Origin: an uncultured Gemmatimonadaceae bacterium
GTDB taxonomy: Bacteria > Gemmatimonadota > Gemmatimonadetes > Gemmatimonadales > Gemmatimonadaceae
Length of the DNA stretch: 64,000 bases
Reading direction: 5' to 3'
Assembly: GCA_963829055.1 (NCBI GenBank)
Contig: CAWHHI010000006.1
Coordinates: 320,001-384,000, forward strand
Part shown: one piece after another, positions 61,423-64,000 of the stretch
Layout of the letters: every line of letters starts with the position of its first letter
How positions within the stretch are numbered: the stretch's first letter is position 1
The notes under the pieces: model-generated
The model's input: only the letters and a program-made list of their open reading frames with translations
Databases searched by the model: none
What the model was told of the DNA's origin: nothing
Program-made: the position numbers and the translations under genes

Positions 61423-63114
61423 TCAAATCGACTTCGACTTCACGAGCGCCGTGATGCGATCCGCGGCGCGGAAGGCGAGGGCCTGGATCGTCATCGTCGG
61501 CTGGCCGCGACCGGACGTGACGAAGCTGCTCCCGTCGCAGATGAACAGGTTCGGCACGTCATGCGCGCGGTGATCCGCGTTCACCACCGAAGTCCGCGCG
61601 TCGTTGCCCATGCGGCATGTGCCGAGGAGGTGTGGGCCGCCGCCGTCAGGCCCACCGCCGTCGCCCGCGACGCTCACGGCGCCGGCCGCCTGGAGCAGGT
61701 CGCGGCCTTTGTCACCGAACCAGGCGCCGAGCTTCTCGTCGTTAGGGTGGCCGGTGAACGTTAGGCGTGGCGCGGGGAGACCCCAGGCGTCCTTCAGCTT
61801 CGGGTCGAGATCCATCCGGTTGTTCGGCGTCGGCAGGCTGCTGAGATGGCCGTAGACGGCGAGACGCTTCGTGAAGTAATCGCGCGCGCGCTTCTTCCAC
61901 GCGCTGCCCCAGGTCGGCTCGTCGGGCCACGTCGCCTCACCGCTCAGCGGTGTGAACCCGCAGCGGAAATCGAATCCGCCACCGCCGTAGATCCCGAGTG
62001 ATCGCGGGAGCTCGTACGTGTCCCACACGACGCGCGACACGACCGCTCCCTTCCACCCGTTGATCTCGTGCTCGAACAGGCCGTCGCGAAGCGCGCTGCC
62101 GTTGAACATGATGTTCCGGCCGACCTGCCCGCTCGAGTTCGCGAGCCCGTCGGGGAACGCGCTCGTCGCCGACATGAGCAGCAGCTTCGGCGTCTCGCAT
62201 CCGTTGGCCGAGAGGATGACGGCCTTCGCGCGCTGCATGACCTCCGCTTTGCTCTTGTCGAAGTACGTCACGCCGGTGACTCGGCCGCTCGTGTTCGTCT
62301 CGACCTTGCGGACGTAGCTGAACGGCCGGATCTCGCAGCGGTTCGTCGCGACGGCTTCGGGGATCATCGAGACGAGCGAGCTCGATTTCGCGCGCACCTC
62401 GCACGCGGCGCCGATGCAGATGCCGCACGCCACGCAGCCCGAGCGTCCACGATAGGGCCGCGAGAGGATCGCCATCGGCGCCGGCCACGGATGCATGCCG
62501 AGCTTTTTCGCGCCGCGCTCGAGCAGAACGCCTTCGGACTTGATCGGCAGTGGAGGGAGCGGGAACGGCTTGCTGCGTGGCGGCTCGAACGGATTTCCCG
62601 CGAGCCCCGAGACGCCGATCTCCCACTCGACCTTCGTGTAGTACGGCTCGAGGTCCGCATAACGAATCGGCCAGTCCGCGATGGTCGAATCGTCAGGCAC
62701 GCCGAACCGCGTCGCCTGCTCGAACTCGAGCTCCGGGAAGCGCCAGAAGTTCGCCGTGAAGTGCACCGTGCCGCCACCCACGACACGACCGTAGTTGTTC
62801 CACCCGCTCGGCTTCGCTTCGTCCTTGTCCGTCTTTCGGCGCGTGCCCGGCTGATCCTTGTTGTTGTTCGTGAGGGCTTTGTCGGGATGAACGAGGCCCC
62901 AGAAATCGTCGTGCCCGAAATCGCGTTCCGTGAGCCACGGGCCCTGCTCCAGTACGACGACGGAGAAGCCGTTGCGCGAGAGCTCTCGCGCCAGCACGGC
63001 ACCGGCGGCGCCCGAGCCGACGATGACGAAGTCGACTTCATCGGACGGCCGATACGTTCGCATCGGCGACTGCAGGCGCTTCGGTTCGTCGGGGTGATGT
63101 GGGTGATGGCTCAT
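61423..63114 (-). CDS. GMC family oxidoreductase (gluconate 2-dehydrogenase alpha-like)
   Basis: IVGSGAAG, VGGGTVH, CVACGIC...C, HLLGTCRMG, PTMTIQALA. Confidence 0.93.
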   Translation of the reverse strand: MSHHPHHPDEPKRLQSPMRTYRPSDEVDFVIVGSGAAGAVLARELSRNGFSVVVLEQGPWLTERDFGHDDFWGLVHPDKALTNNNKDQPGTRRKTDKDEAKPSGWNNYGRVVGGGTVHFTANFWRFPELEFEQATRFGVPDDSTIADWPIRYADLEPYYTKVEWEIGVSGLAGNPFEPPRSKPFPLPPLPIKSEGVLLERGAKKLGMHPWPAPMAILSRPYRGRSGCVACGICIGAACEVRAKSSSLVSMIPEAVATNRCEIRPFSYVRKVETNTSGRVTGVTYFDKSKAEVMQRAKAVILSANGCETPKLLLMSATSAFPDGLANSSGQVGRNIMFNGSALRDGLFEHEINGWKGAVVSRVVWDTYELPRSLGIYGGGGFDFRCGFTPLSGEATWPDEPTWGSAWKKRARDYFTKRLAVYGHLSSLPTPNNRMDLDPKLKDAWGLPAPRLTFTGHPNDEKLGAWFGDKGRDLLQAAGAVSVAGDGGGPDGGGPHLLGTCRMGNDARTSVVNADHRAHDVPNLFICDGSSFVTSGRGQPTMTIQALAFRAADRITALVKSKSI

Positions 63115-63115
63115 G

Positions 63116-63674
63116 TCAGGCGCGATCGTAGTAGCCGAACGGCGGAGCCCAGGAGTACTGGTCGCGATAGCCGATCAGCTGCCAGCCGATCTTCTGATAG
63201 TTGCCGCCATGTTCGGGGTGCGAGAACATGCCGAGCATCGTCAGCGATCGCAGTGGCCCGAATATCTCAGGTCTGGTGCGCTCGAGCTCGCGTAAGGCAA
63301 CGATCTGCTCGTTATGCGACAGGTCGAGGAACGGCACGCCGTCGGGGCGATAGTGGGCCGAGAACTCGGCGAACGCGTCGAGTGTCGCCGTGAAGTCCTT
63401 CTTTGAATCCTTGAAGATCGTGGCGAAGGCGTGGTCGATGAACCGAACGACGCGCGCCTCACGTGCGCCGGGCGTCTCGTCGGTCGGGACGATGTGCGCG
63501 GTGATGACGTCCAGGAGTCGCGCCTGATCGGACGTGAGGGACTCCAAAGCGGCGTTCTCCGGGCACGGTCGCCACGAATACGCCGGCGGCGGCGGTGGCT
63601 TCCGCCCATCGAAGGGTGCCGAGGGTCGAGGCCAGTGCCGCGGCCATGCGTTCGACGAAATCGCGTCGTTCCAT
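63116..63674 (-). CDS. Gluconate 2-dehydrogenase subunit 3 family, Tat-exported; +1 frameshift near 63562
   Basis: MERRDF Tat leader (ORF 63459..63674) joins IVPTDETPGAREA.V..FID...GMFSHPEHGGN...GW.LIGY. Confidence 0.85.
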
Positions 63675-63694
63675 CGCGCCAATGTAGCACGCGG

Positions 63695-63919
63695 GCTGGC
63701 GGCTGTCGAAAGGCGGAGGCGGCGAGCGGAGGGCGGAAGGCGGAAGGCGGCGAGCGGAGGGCGGAGGGCGGTGACTGTCATTCCGAGCGGAGCGCCGTCA
63801 GGCCGCAGTCGAGGAATCGAGACCTTGCTCGATAGAGGGCCCTCTACCCTCGTGATCGCGATTCCTCGACTCCGCCGCTTCGCGGCTCCGCTCGGAATGA
63901 CGACCCCGCTCGGAATGAC
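63695..63919. repeat. Heptamer repeats (GGCGGAG/GGCGGAA) followed by a GTCATTCCGAGCG REP-like element (63777-63919)
   Basis: gtcattccgagcg...gtcgaggaatcgagac...gatagagggccctctacc...gattcctcgactcc...cgctcggaatgac x2. Confidence 0.85.
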
Positions 63920-63924
63920 AGCCG

Positions 63925-64000
63925 CTAGTGTCGGCCCGCGACCTCGACGAGCGTGCGGTAGATCATCTCCGTGCCCTGCCGCAGCGACTCGATGCGCACG
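63925..64000 (-). CDS. C-terminus of a gene entering from the right, possibly an M20 family peptidase
   Basis: VRIESLRQGTEMIYRTLVEVAGRH-stop; only 24 residues visible. Confidence 0.5.
   Translation of the reverse strand, partial: VRIESLRQGTEMIYRTLVEVAGRH

Noticed and set aside
444..61765. GCCTAAC/GTTAGGC matches the integron attC inverse-core/core consensus (RYYYAAC...GTTRRRY)
   Set aside because: Copies are mostly intragenic and unpaired, do not bracket hairpins between cassette-like genes, and no integrase is present.
444..61765. Motif as Chi, KOPS or a telomere-like TTAGG repeat
   Set aside because: Orientation is balanced (30 versus 29) with no switch point, and copies are dispersed rather than tandem.
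1..64000. rRNA, tRNA, transposase, integrase, phage or defence genes; many long antisense ORFs
   Set aside because: No recognisable signatures found by eye; the antisense ORFs are high-GC shadows of real genes.

Overview
High-GC (roughly 68% by eye) bacterial chromosomal segment. Gene content points to Gemmatimonadota (inference from ADOP/MacB-like permeases with acidobacterial-type PadR regulators, Hanks kinases starting 'LRERLQVALGDAYAIERELGGGGMS', and small 'GWLTF..ERRRLAP.P..W' proteins). It holds about 52 genes: secreted hydrolases and lipoproteins, three ADOP permeases, a MATE pump, two Ser/Thr kinases, a citrate synthase with a divergent HTH-citrate-synthase partner, BlaI/BlaR1, form II coxSLM, a CarH-like B12 photoreceptor locus, a cold-shock gene, a four-gene polysaccharide block and a GMC oxidoreductase pair. 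I found no rRNA, tRNA, CRISPR array, transposase or integrase. About 11 genes or sites carry single-base +1 insertions that look like sequencing errors. The strongest unexplained signal is the non-palindromic heptamer CCTAACG/CGTTAGG. I counted at least 59 exact copies (30 versus 29 by orientation, about one per 1.1 kb), mostly inside genes where it forces rare codons. Intergenic DNA also carries several families of structured repeats: two ~260-bp nested inverted-repeat elements with compensatory changes, two REP-like families, and 7- and 9-mer periodic patches. One REP copy appears to fuse two genes in frame.
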